From: Octopus bimaculoides
Lineage: Eukaryota
Length of the DNA stretch: 64,000 bases
Assembly: GCF_001194135.2 (NCBI RefSeq)
Contig: NC_068993.1
Location: 55,477,165-55,541,164 of the forward strand
Direction of reading: 5' to 3'
Made by a program: the position numbers and the translations under genes. A model generated the notes under the pieces. It was not told where the DNA came from, made no database searches, and saw only the letters and a list, made by a program, of their open reading frames with translations. The stretch's first letter is position 1, and each line of letters opens with the position of its first letter. This document shows positions 12,101 to 24,117 of this stretch, in pieces.

Positions 12101-15100
12101 CTTCAATCTATCACTTCCTGACATGATATCATGTCGTCCCGCTTCCAGTCCCGTCGTGATGTCACGCCCTCTCCCATCCTTCCTTCACACTTTGTGTGCC
12201 ATCAGAACTCTGTGACTGTTCTGGCTTGCTTAGCAAAAAGTGGAATGTCTGTGCTCTGTGGTGGTCTCGAACTTCAGCACTTAGATTTTCACGGATTTGG
12301 TTTATCACAAGAGAAAAATGTGCAAATTTCAAGGATATTCACTTTTGTTCAAACTTAGTGGTATGATCTGCATGCAGGCTGATTAATCGATAAACAGGAA
12401 CATGCACATGTTAAATGCACACTCAGTTGTGGTTCATTCATAATACTGAACTGACAATTCAGCAAAAGGGGTTCAAATCCTAAGACCTGCAACACAAACA
12501 ATCAGGCCAGCTTCCTATCAAAAGATAATTACATCCCTTCGATCCACCTAGTTATGGGGGACACTGAAAAAAGGTCATGAAGTGCAGTTTTTCAAATACT
12601 TACCAAAATAATGGGGGAGGGTGTAAAACAAGGAAAAAAACAAAACAATAAACAAAAACCATCAACAAATTATAAAGACAAGATTAAAATATGTCTTACA
12701 AGCTAGTTTGGACTGGGGTGTTTGTCTTTAGTTTCATGTCATAGACTGCAATTCCACCATCATAGAAACCCACCTGGAAATAACAGACAGAATTTATGTT
12801 TATATACACTCCTCATCAATGCTATATGGCGATATGTGCATGTGTGTGCCTGTGTGGGGGGTGCATGCCTGTATGTATGTATGTGTGTGTGTGTGTGTGT
12901 GTGGGTATGTGTGCATCTGTATGTATCTGTGTCTGTGTGTGTATGTGGCTTAGTGTGTGCCTGTGTGTGGTGGGGTGAGAGAGAGAGAGAGAGAGAGAAA
13001 GACTGTTGCTCTTCTCTCTTCTCCAACACATTTGAAACTCCGAGGCAAATTAAATAAACAAATATTAGTTTATTGCATTGACACAAGGTTACAAATCTGC
13101 AAGTGAAAAGGGGTAGAATGAACCCTAGTCCTTATTTCAGTTTCATTTCTAGATCAACTCTAGAGAGAACCAAAACCACAGTTGATCCCAGGATGATCTG
13201 AACTCAGGATGTAGATAATCCAGTGTTTTACCAGACATTGGATATATTGCATCCAGAGCTCAGCTGCCTGGATCCGTTATCTCATTGTAACAACATGTTT
13301 CATAAACAAGCAGTAAATTAAGACAAGAAAGAAAATAAAATGATGGAGTGTATTTGGAAGACAATCAGCATAATGAAGCAGTCTGGGGTGGTGGTGGTGG
13401 TGGTGGTGGGACAAGGTTGGCAGCATCTTTTGATGCCAGTTCCATTTCATGTAAATAGTTCTTTCCAAAGTGTGAACCAATGCATAAATTATTCATGTGG
13501 AAAAAAAAAGGCATCAGTAAGTAATGCGTGGAATAAATTATCACCAGCCACTGGCATCATCATCATCGTCACCACCTACACCATCGCTGTTGTCATTAAT
13601 GCTATCGTCATCATCATCATCGTCACCACCACCACTACCATCACTGTCGTTATTGTTGCCATCATCGTCATCGTCATCATTAATGCCACAAACACAACTG
13701 TTTATATTATGCTTATGACCACATCATCATAACTATCATTTCTATCTTCGTAATCATTATTTTTTTGGTATGGATTAGAAAGTTGTCCATATCCATATGA
13801 ATTGTATGTGTGTATGTATATATATATATATATATATATATANNNNNNNNNNNNNNNNNNNNNNNNNNNNNNNNNNNNNNNNNNNNNNNNNNNNNNNNNN
13901 NNNNNNNNNNNNNNNNNNNNNNNNNNNNNNNNNNNNNNNNNNNNNNNNNNNNNNNNNNNNNNNNNNNNNNNNNNNNNNNNNNNNNNNNNNNNNNNNNNNN
14001 NNNNNNNNNNNNNNNNNNNNNNNNNNNNNNNNNNNNNNNNNNNNNNNNNNNNNNNNNNNNNNNNNNNNNNNNNNNNNNNNNNNNNNNNNNNNNNNNNNNN
14101 NNNNNNNNNNNNNNNNNNNNNNNNNNNNNNNNNNNNNNNNNNNNNNNNNNNNNNNNNNNNNNNNNNNNNNNNNNNNNNNNNNNNNNNNNNNNNNNNNNNN
14201 NNNNNNNNNNNNNNNNNNNNNNNNNNNNNNNNNNNNNNNNNNNNNNNNNNNNNNNNNNNNNNNNNNNNNNNNNNNNNNNNNNNNNNNNNNNNNNNNNNNN
14301 NNNNNNNNNNNNNNNNNNNNNNNNNNNNNNNNNNNNNNNNNNNNNNNNNNNNNNNNNNNNNNNNNNNNNNNNNNNNNNNNNNNNNNNNNNNNNNNNNNNN
14401 NNNNNNNNNNNNNNNNNNNNNNNNNNNNNNNNNNNNNNNNNNNNNNNNNNNNNNNNNNNNNNNNNNNNNNNNNNNNNNNNNNNNNNNNNNNNNNNNNNNN
14501 NNNNNNNNNNNNNNNNNNNNNNNNNNNNNNNNNNNNNNNNNNNNNNNNNNNNNNNNNNNNNNNNNNNNNNNNNNNNNNNNNNNNNNNNNNNNNNNNNNNN
14601 NNNNNNNNNNNNNNNNNNNNNNNNNNNNNNNNNNNNNNNNNNNNNNNNNNNNNNNNNNNNNNNNNNNNNNNNNNNNNNNNNNNNNNNNNNNNNNNNNNNN
14701 NNNNNNNNNNNNNNNNNNNCTCCCCTCTGAACTTTCCAGGAAGTTGTTCCTTCCACCTCTTCCCCTTCCTTTGAACTTTCCAGTAATTAATTCGCCCCTC
14801 CTTCCTTCAAAGAAGTAATTCCTCCCCTACTCCCCTTCCTTGGAACTTTCCAGGAAGTAATTCGCCCCCTCTTCCTCCTCGGAAATTTCCGGGAAATAAT
14901 TTCTCTTCCCCTTCCTTTGAACTTCCTAGGAAGTATTTCACCCCCCTCCTCAGAACCTTCTAGGAAGTAATTCCTCACCATCCTAGAAACTTTCCATAGC
15001 AGCCAAATCTCCCTCAAAACTCCCTACTGTATTAATGCGACAATTCTGCATATTATGTAGTTTGAATGAGAAACTGTAAGGCATGTGAGCAATTGGTTGT

Positions 15101-17614
15101 GTTAATGGTTGAAGAAAAGGGAATTGCATTAGAAAAAGTTTTAATTGCTGTTGTCGGTAAGTATGGGGGTTAGGAAAAAATAGAAGAGGCATTAAGAAGT
15201 TGACGTTAAGAATTGCTTTAACAGAAAATGAAGCTGTAAGAATTAACAAGAAAATTGTAGTATGTACCTACCGCTAGAAGGTTTGGGTAAGTTATAGAGA
15301 AATCAAGAGCTGTAACACCTGAACGGTGTGGGAACACTTTCTCGGGATACTGAAACAGAAAAAAGTAACACAAAATAACATTAGTTATGGCTGTTACTCG
15401 ATAATGTATGTGAAAATAATGCATGATGTAAACCCTTCATGCCTTCCGATTAACAGCCAAGAACTCCAATCAATAGGGATAGACACTGCATAAAATGAGA
15501 GACCGCTTCTGGTGAAGATCACAAAAATGAAGTTTTGGACATCCATGATGCTTATATCCAGTCTCAATGTTGATGAAGAGGACTGTCTTTGGGAGCCAGT
15601 TATCTGGCATCTGAATCACATAGCCAACCCAGCAGAAAAGATGATGAAGGATGAATACCACAAATATTTACATCCCAGCCCTCAGTTTTCCAGCTATTAA
15701 ACAACTGTAGTAGAATAACACCATGGAATAATGTTAACCTGACAGTACTAGTATTAAAGTCAAGCAATGTTTGAGGATATACAGCATGTAAGCTAGAATA
15801 ATGGAGTGAACCGTAAAGCATTTTCAGTCCAGTGAAACTGAAATTCATAATGAAAAGCTATTAACATTAATGAAAATTTTTTTAAGAAAGAGAAGGGAGA
15901 GAACTCAAAAAATTTCAATTTGAACCTCCTTACCTCAGGATTTTTCATGGACCAGCAACATGCAAGGCCATTCTTCTGGATCTTGAATTCAAACTCTCCA
16001 TATCCGACAGCAATGAGATCCTTTGAAACAAGAGAGTAAAATGACTTGTTAGTAGAGATTATTTCCATAGTGCTGCTTTATATTTCTTGCCACTTACTAC
16101 AGTTATATGAGGTACATTCTAGAAAGTGTGACATTTTTGTTAGTAGAGGCAGTTATAACTGTCCCAGATTATTGTAATTTTAGTATATCATTCTCTCTTT
16201 TTCACCCTTTCAAAGCCTAGCCAAGCTCATGGGCCCGGTTTCCTGGTTTCTATGATATACGTGTTCCCCCCCCCCCCCNNNNNNNNNNNNNNNNNNNNNN
16301 NNNNNNNNNNNNNTTCCCCCCCCCCCCGCCAGCTGGATGGGATGCCAGTCCATCACAGCATTACTCAAGAAACAGGAAGAAAGAGTGAGAGAAAATTGGG
16401 GCGAAAGAGTACAACAGGGGTTGCCGCCACCCCCTGCCGGAGCCTTGTGGAGATTAGGTGTTTCACTCAATAAACACACACAACGCCCGGTCTGGGAATC
16501 GAAACCGCGATCCTCCGACCGCGAGTCCGCTGCCCTAACCACTGGGCCATTGCGCCTCCACAGTATATCATTACAATACATCTAATCAGCTGACCTACCA
16601 ACTTTTGATATTCTATACTGAAGGCAACGGCTATAACAGCACTTTGAACACACCCTACAAAACACTGCTTGTTACAGCTGACCAGTTTGTAGGATGCAGT
16701 CAGGACATGAAGACAATTTGGAAGCACACTAGGCAATGAAGTTTTGTGTTGAACTGGGCAAAAATGCGAGAGAAACTTATGAAATGTTCCAGACTGCTGC
16801 TTATGGATTAACTTGTATAAGCTGAACATTTGTTTGTTACTGGCATAAGAGGTTCGAGGAAGTGGGAGATGACGAGGGGTGTGAGGAGGAGAGGGATGTC
16901 ACAACATCAGGAGTGATTAAGAAAATTCACAATTTTCCGGATAAAGACTGTTGTGTGTCGATAAGGACAATAAGCAAACGGTTTGGAGTTGGTGTGGTAT
17001 AACTGTAGACAGAATTATTTATGAGGATGTGAACATGTGCAAAATCTGTGCAAAGATTGTTCCCAGTGACAAACAGAAGGAAAGACATGTTGGTGACAGC
17101 AGGGAGATAGTTGAGCTTATTATCTCCTACACCATTTTGGTTTCAAGTCCTGCTGCATGGTACCATAGGCAAGTGCCTTCTACTATAGCCTTGGGCCGAC
17201 CAAAGTCTTGTGAGTGGATTTGGTAGAAGGAAACTGAAAGAAGCCCTTGTTTTCACCTTTTCGATATCAGTGAAGAATTTCACTGGAAAAGTATATATAA
17301 GATTGCCAAGAATTTATCTCTCTCATCAAAGATCAGTGGCTATCGGACGCTGACAAAGGGAAATAACCCTGAAACCTGGGTCCGTTCGTGCTACAGATCA
17401 TGATGGGAAGGATAACTTCCCTTGGCAAACAGGACACAGTAGTGTGTCGATAAGCCAGCTGGAGATGTCCTCCTGGGGCTAAAAGCAACAGTAACATCCA
17501 CCCCTAGGGGTCAGCCACACTTAAGTGGCAATATACTACACTTCATCGTGCAGTTACTGTTAATACTTCATTTAGAGAATTAACATATATATATATATAT
17601 TTGTGCATTTGTGT

Positions 17615-17646
<32 letters not shown>

Positions 17647-20600
17647 TTGTGTTTGTCTCCCACCACTACTTGACAGTCAGTGTTGGTGTGTTCACAGCCC
17701 CATATCTTAGCGGTTCAGCAAAAGAGACTGATAGAATAAGTACCAGGCTTTAAAAAAAAATAAGTACTGATGTTGATTCATTCAGCCAAAACATTCTTCA
17801 ACGAGGTGCCCCAGCATGGACGCAGCTTAATAACTGAAACAAGTAAAAGAATATACCCAAGTGTATATGCTAGTTATGATAACAATGATGATGATGATGA
17901 TGATGATGACAATGACAACAACAACAACAATGACGGAGACGAGTACAACAGCACTGAAGAAAGCAAAGAAAGCAGTAATAATACTCACTAAGTTAGAACT
18001 GTTCCATGCCATACAGCTGACAGTGTGACCTTTGGTCAGTGGGCAGGTGAAGGACCAGAGTTTCTGCAAGTTTGGTGACAGGTCCGTTTCACTAGCAGAT
18101 TCCTCCGCTTCGGAAGAATCAACACCTAGCGTATAACAGTTAACCGTTTGTTATAAAGTTTTATAGAATTGTGTGAAACAAACAAATCTTAACGAACCAA
18201 AATAATGATTTATCAAAGTAAATAAAATCAACAATGTATTAATTATTAGGAACAGAAGAAGCATTATCAATATCAAAGATCCAACTTAATACGGATACCT
18301 TTGCTTCCATTGCTAATGATTGATTTTTGATAAACCTGCTGGTTATTTGCGACATCGTCGTCATCATCACCATTTAATGTCCATTGTCCATGCTGGCAAG
18401 GGTTGGACAGTTTGACCGGAGCTGACAGGCCTGGTACTTATTCTATCAATCCCTAAGTTAGAACTGTTCTATGCCATACAACTGACAGTGTGACCNNNNN
18501 NNNNNNNNNNNNNNNNNNNNNNNNNNNNNNNNNNNNNNNNNNNNNNNNNNNNNNNNNNNNNNNNNNNNNNNNNNNNNNNNNNNNNNNNNNNNNNNNNNNN
18601 NNNNNNNNNNNNNNNNNNNNNNNNNNNNNNNNNNNNNNNNNNNNNNNNNNNNNNNNNNNNNNNNNNNNNNNNNNNNNNNNNNNNNNNNNNNNNNNNNNNN
18701 NNNNNNNNNNNNNNNNNNNNNNNNNNNNNNNNNNNNNNNNNNNNNNNNNNNNNNNNNNNNNNNNNNNNNNNNNNNNNNNNNNNNNNNNNNNNNNNNNNNN
18801 NNNNNNNNNNNNNNNNNNNNNNNNNNNNNNNNNNNNNNNNNNNNNNNNNNNNNNNNNNNNNNNNNNNNNNNNNNNNNNNNNNNNNNNNNNNNNNNNNNNN
18901 NNNNNNNNNNNNNNNNNNNNNNNNNNNNNNNNNNNNNNNNNNNNNNNNNNNNNNNNNNNNNNNNNNNNNNNNNNNNNNNNNNNNNNNNNNNNNNNNNNNN
19001 NNNNNNNNNNNNNNNNNNNNNNNNNNNNNNNNNNNNNNNNNNNNNNNNNNNNNNNNNNNNNNNNNNNNNNNNNNNNNNNNNNNNNNNNNNNNNNNNNNNN
19101 NNNNNNNNNNNNNNNNNNNNNNNNNNNNNNNNNNNNNNNNNNNNNNNNNNNNNNNNNNNNNNNNNNNNNNNNNNNNNNNNNNNNNNNNNNNNNNNNNNNN
19201 NNNNNNNNNNNNNNNNNNNNNNNNNNNNNNNNNNNNNNNNNNNNNNNNNNNNNNNNNNNNNNNNNNNNNNNNNNNNNNNNNNNNNNNNNNNNNNNNNNNN
19301 NNNNNNNNNNNNNNNNNNNNNNNNNNNNNGGGAGGAGGAGGAGGAGGGGAGGAGGAGGAGGAGGAGCAAGAAGAAGAGAAGCAACAGCAGCAGCAGCAGG
19401 AGGAGGTTTTATGAAGTGCATGAAATACTCACTAAAACTGACTGGTAAGTTGCGGTACTTGGCTAGTTTCGGTTGGTAAGTATTCAAATTGATTATTCTC
19501 TCCATCACGAATAGATCCCTTACAAAATTCATACTCTGAAATAAATATAAACATCTACTAAATATATACGTGCATATGGTATGTGCATGTGCACATGAAT
19601 GTGTGCATGTGTGCATGTATGCATGTGTACGTGTGCACCAGAACCGTAATTCAAGAGACCTGGTCACAGAGTCACTTTATATATATATATATATATATAT
19701 ACATACATATAGCAATGAGAAAATGGAGGAGAACATACAGAAGATTGCACTACTGGGCGAAGTGAAAGCATGCTATAAAAATAAGACTATTGCATCATCA
19801 TCATCATTATAAATCGTAATTGAACCAAATTCAATGACTGGTATCTGTTCCAGTTCATCCGATCAAAGGAACANNNNNNNNNNCCGCGATCCTATGACCG
19901 CGAGTCCGCTGCCCTAACCACTGGGCCATTGCGCCTGGTGAAATATATATGTTGTATTTACCTGTAATATCACTTCATCAATTTTCACAGGTTCATCCAT
20001 TGTTATTTCTTTGGCCAGTTTGGTAACTTTGGTCTGAGATGATATACTCGAATTTAGTGAAGACATCAAAGTGGATTTCAGAATGTCAGAACCTGAGAAA
20101 AACAATGACAGGGACACTGTAGACATTCATTTCAATTAATAGGCACAGGTGTGACTGTGCAGTAAGAAGTTTGCTTCCCAACCACATGGTTGGGCTACAG
20201 TAGAAGACATTTGCCCAAGGTGCTACACAATGAGATTGATGGTTTTGATTTACTGTCAGGTGACTTTTGGCCAACCCTGTATATATGACAGACATCTTTC
20301 CGTTTCCGTCTACCAAATCCACACAAAAGGCTTTAGTCGGACCAAGAATATATTAGAAGACACTTGACCAAGATGCCATGCAATGAGACTGAGCCCGGAA
20401 CCATGTTATTGGCTTCTTAACCAGTTGTTGTTGCTGTTTGGTTTCAGGTCAACCTTGACCAAGCTGACTTATGATCAGTTAAGTTCTAACTATGACCATC
20501 CAGTCTTTAAATACTATAAGTGACTACATTATCCAACGTTATCTTTGTTTACTAATACAGTAATTTGAGGGGTAATTTAGCTGCTATTTCTAACAAGTCA

Positions 20601-20787
20601 AACAACTTCATAGAGGCTACCTTGATTTAGTTTGTGCTCAGTTCTTTCGCCATCTGAAAATTTTCCCTTACAAGGGATAAGGCAAGGAATGACTGCTTCT
20701 ATAATGAAACCTTTGTTTTGTTTTGTAATTATTTAGGTTTAGTATTTGTACTTTGGGTTTTGCAAACGATTCTGCCAGCTCGTCACT

Positions 20788-20833
<46 letters not shown>

Positions 20834-23800
20834 GCAAAACGGGCTGATTACTACCTAGATCAGATTCCAGGAAACCCCAAAATGGCTGAAGTTCAAAAAA
20901 TAGTGCTCATGGGAACTGCCCATATCCTACGTAAAATACTGTCTATGTGATCTCAAATTTTAAAGCAAACACATAATTTTCTTATGGTTTCTTAAACATT
21001 CACTTGAACAAAACTGTACAAATACAAATATATGGTACCCTAGGCATAACACCTACATGNNNNNNNNNNNNNNNNNNNNNNNNNNNNNNNNNNNNNNNNN
21101 NNNNNNNNNNNNNNNNNNNNNNNNNNNNNNNNNNNNNNNNNNNNNNNNNNNNNNNNNNNNNNNNNNNNNNNNNNNNNNNNNNNNNNNNNNNNNNNNNNNN
21201 NNNNNNNNNNNNNNNNNNNNNNNNNNNNNNNNNNNNNNNNNNNNNNNNNNNNNNNNNNNNNNNNNNNNNNNNNCAAAACAAAAGTCAAACATAAAATAAT
21301 AATAATAAACACCTTTCGTTGTATTTCTTATCGTTTATCTATTTGTTTCAGTCGTTGGACTGCAGCCATGCTGGGGCACTGAAGGGTTTAGATGACACTA
21401 TCAGTCACTTTTGCCGAACCGCTAGGTTACAGGAACGTAAACAAACCAGCAGTGGTAGAGATGAACACACACACGAGCTTGTTTCAATTGCTCTTTACCA
21501 AATCCACTGTCATGCCATTGGTCGGCGTGAGGCTATAGCAGAAGACACTTGTCCAAGGTGTCACGCAGTGCGACTGAAGTCGGAACCCTGAGGTCGGGAA
21601 ACAAACCTCTTAACACAATCAAACTGGCACCAATAAAGAAAACTATTTGAAATATGTAAAAATTATGTAGAAAATTTGTCATCTTCTACAATATTGAGCG
21701 CACCTCCAAACACACACACACACATATTCTGTTAAGTAGTAGTTGGTAGAACACATGTCAGCAATTCTTCGACTATTAACAAATAATTGCTTCGTTCTGA
21801 AGCGTAAATATCGTTGATAAAGCCAGGAAGATGAAGACAGTTCAAGTGTAAGGGAGATAACTCCGACACTAACGTCAACTGGATAAAATCTAAACGGAGA
21901 GTAACTGAGTAGAAACAATACGAAGACGACGAAGTGTGGATGTTGACCGTAATGATAGGAATAGAGTGTAGGATGTCTATATAGATATGGTGTGTAAGTG
22001 TTAAAGAGGACAACAAACGTTGCTTTTCATCCTTTCGGAGTCGATAAATTAAGTACCAGTTGCGTACTGGGTCGTTCTAATCGACTGGCCCCTTCCCCAA
22101 AAATTTCGGGCCTTTGCCTAGAGTAGAAAAAATGATCGGCAAAATTCAAAGTCTTACAGCTGTTTCTGGGATATCCCAAGGAATGGGATGTTCTATCCTC
22201 AGAGACAAATAGGGAAAATGAGAAGGGTACAGATTAATGAAACGGCAACGTAGAGGACAGGAGAAAAAGAATAAAGAGGTGAAGAAAAAAGAAGAAAGAG
22301 AAGAAAAATGAAGAAAGAGAAGAAAAAAGAAGAAAGAGAAGAAAAAAGAAGCATAATAGTTCATGGTTCAACTTTCCAATCGTGTAGATGTTAGTCCATA
22401 AGTCCTTAGATGACTTGAGAGATGTAGAGACAGTGATAAATAATTTGGCAGTTGTTGACTTTAAAAGGAAGAATAACGATTCAAGTGCTTGGAGGAATGA
22501 CCTGTGTCCAATCAGGAGTACAATGAGAGTTGATGTGAAGAACTGAAAATAGAAAATTTGGTTCCTCTACCAACAACAATAGTATGGAATGAATGTGAGA
22601 ATCAGAAGTAGTTGTGGATGTTGAAGTAACCAAAGACAAGCTACTCAGCGATATTGTTAGTCCACATGACTTCCTAAGGAGCACAGGGCTAGTTTCCTGG
22701 TTTCTTTGACAAATATATATATTTTCTGCTGGATGGGATACCAGTCTGTCACAGAATTACCCGTTTTTGCCAGCTGAGTGGACTGGAGCAATGTGAAATG
22801 AAGTGTTTTGCTCAAGAACACAATGCATCACCCAGTCCAGGAATTGAAACCACAATCTTACTATCGTAAGTCCAACACCCTAACCACTGATGCATGTGCC
22901 TCTGCATTCAGTGATGTAGATGTCCTCAATGCAGGAAGAAATATAGCCAGAGTTAACAATTGAAAAGATTCAGAGCGTGGCAGAGAAAACTAATGTATTA
23001 GGAGAGGGAGAGAGAAAATAACCAGAGTAACTTAGGGGTGGGGAACTAGAGTAACTTAGGGGTGGGGAATCAGAGTAACTAGAGGTCTTTGTTGCTGATA
23101 TGTAGAAGAAAAAAGTAAGTACAATCGATATGTGTGCAGACACCACCTTTCAGAATGACATTTGAGAACAGAAGTGGTCGAAAGGATAAGGGTTGAGAGA
23201 TTCGTTGCTTTCAAGGAGAGGAAGAAAGGATGAGTTACTTGCATGTCAGCAAGAAGTGATGGATAGGGGTCTAGATTGGATTGCAGTTCACAGATGTTAG
23301 AAGAAAAAAACAATTGTCCAGCAGGTTTCGTTATAGATTTTGACATCTAAGGAAATATGGATGCTGTTGTACACCATAGGAGCACAGTTAACTCCTGTTA
23401 GGAGACTGGCACATATATTTGCAACAGACTGAACTCCACTCAAGTAATTTCATACGAAGGTTTGCCAAACAAAACCCAATTATTAAAAGGTACCTTAATT
23501 TGTGATAAGCAGTGTCAAAAATGCAAGACTCTACCTTCAGATTTTCTAGAGCCATACGATTCATCAAATGTTTGTTGGTCTCCTTTTTTCATGCTGCTTT
23601 CATCCAGAAAACTGACATTTTCTATCCAATCTTCATATTCTAGATTATCTTTCCTCACTGAAATTAAAGAAACGCATTTTGTTTGAGAATGAAAATTAAT
23701 ACCATCACCACACCATTATTTAATGTCCACTTCACTATACATGAGTGAGACGAATTTGGTGAGGTAGATTTTCTACAGCTGGAGGCTATTCTAGTCACCA

Positions 23801-24077
23801 GCCCCCCCCCCCGTTCCCAAAGAAGGAAATATTTCACCATGGAAAACTGGAAACAAACAACACCACATGTATGACAGTGATGCTCATTTACAACTATCAC
23901 ATGATGTCGAAACACACACACAATGGACCACCTACTCAGCAGCAATCCAGTAAATCCACCAACAGGGCCCAATTGAGCTCAGAAGCCTAGCAGAAGACAT
24001 GACGCCTGCTCAAGGTACTAAGCAGTGAATCCAAACACCCACAGCAAAGTTACATGCCTAATGTAGACATACATACA

Positions 24078-24117
<40 letters not shown>

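Noticed and set aside
11930-12330. GC-richer intronic segment as a coding exon or named element
   Set aside because: No recognisable motif or consistent splice signals in any frame; probably an old repeat remnant (same for ~21730-22010 and ~41830-42020)
14720-15000. CRISPR-like array
   Set aside because: Eukaryotic intron; spacers are related low-complexity pyrimidine runs rather than unique spacers; no cas genes
16480-16560. tRNA gene
   Set aside because: tRNA-like head continues into a SINE body and cannot close an acceptor stem; same for other SINE heads
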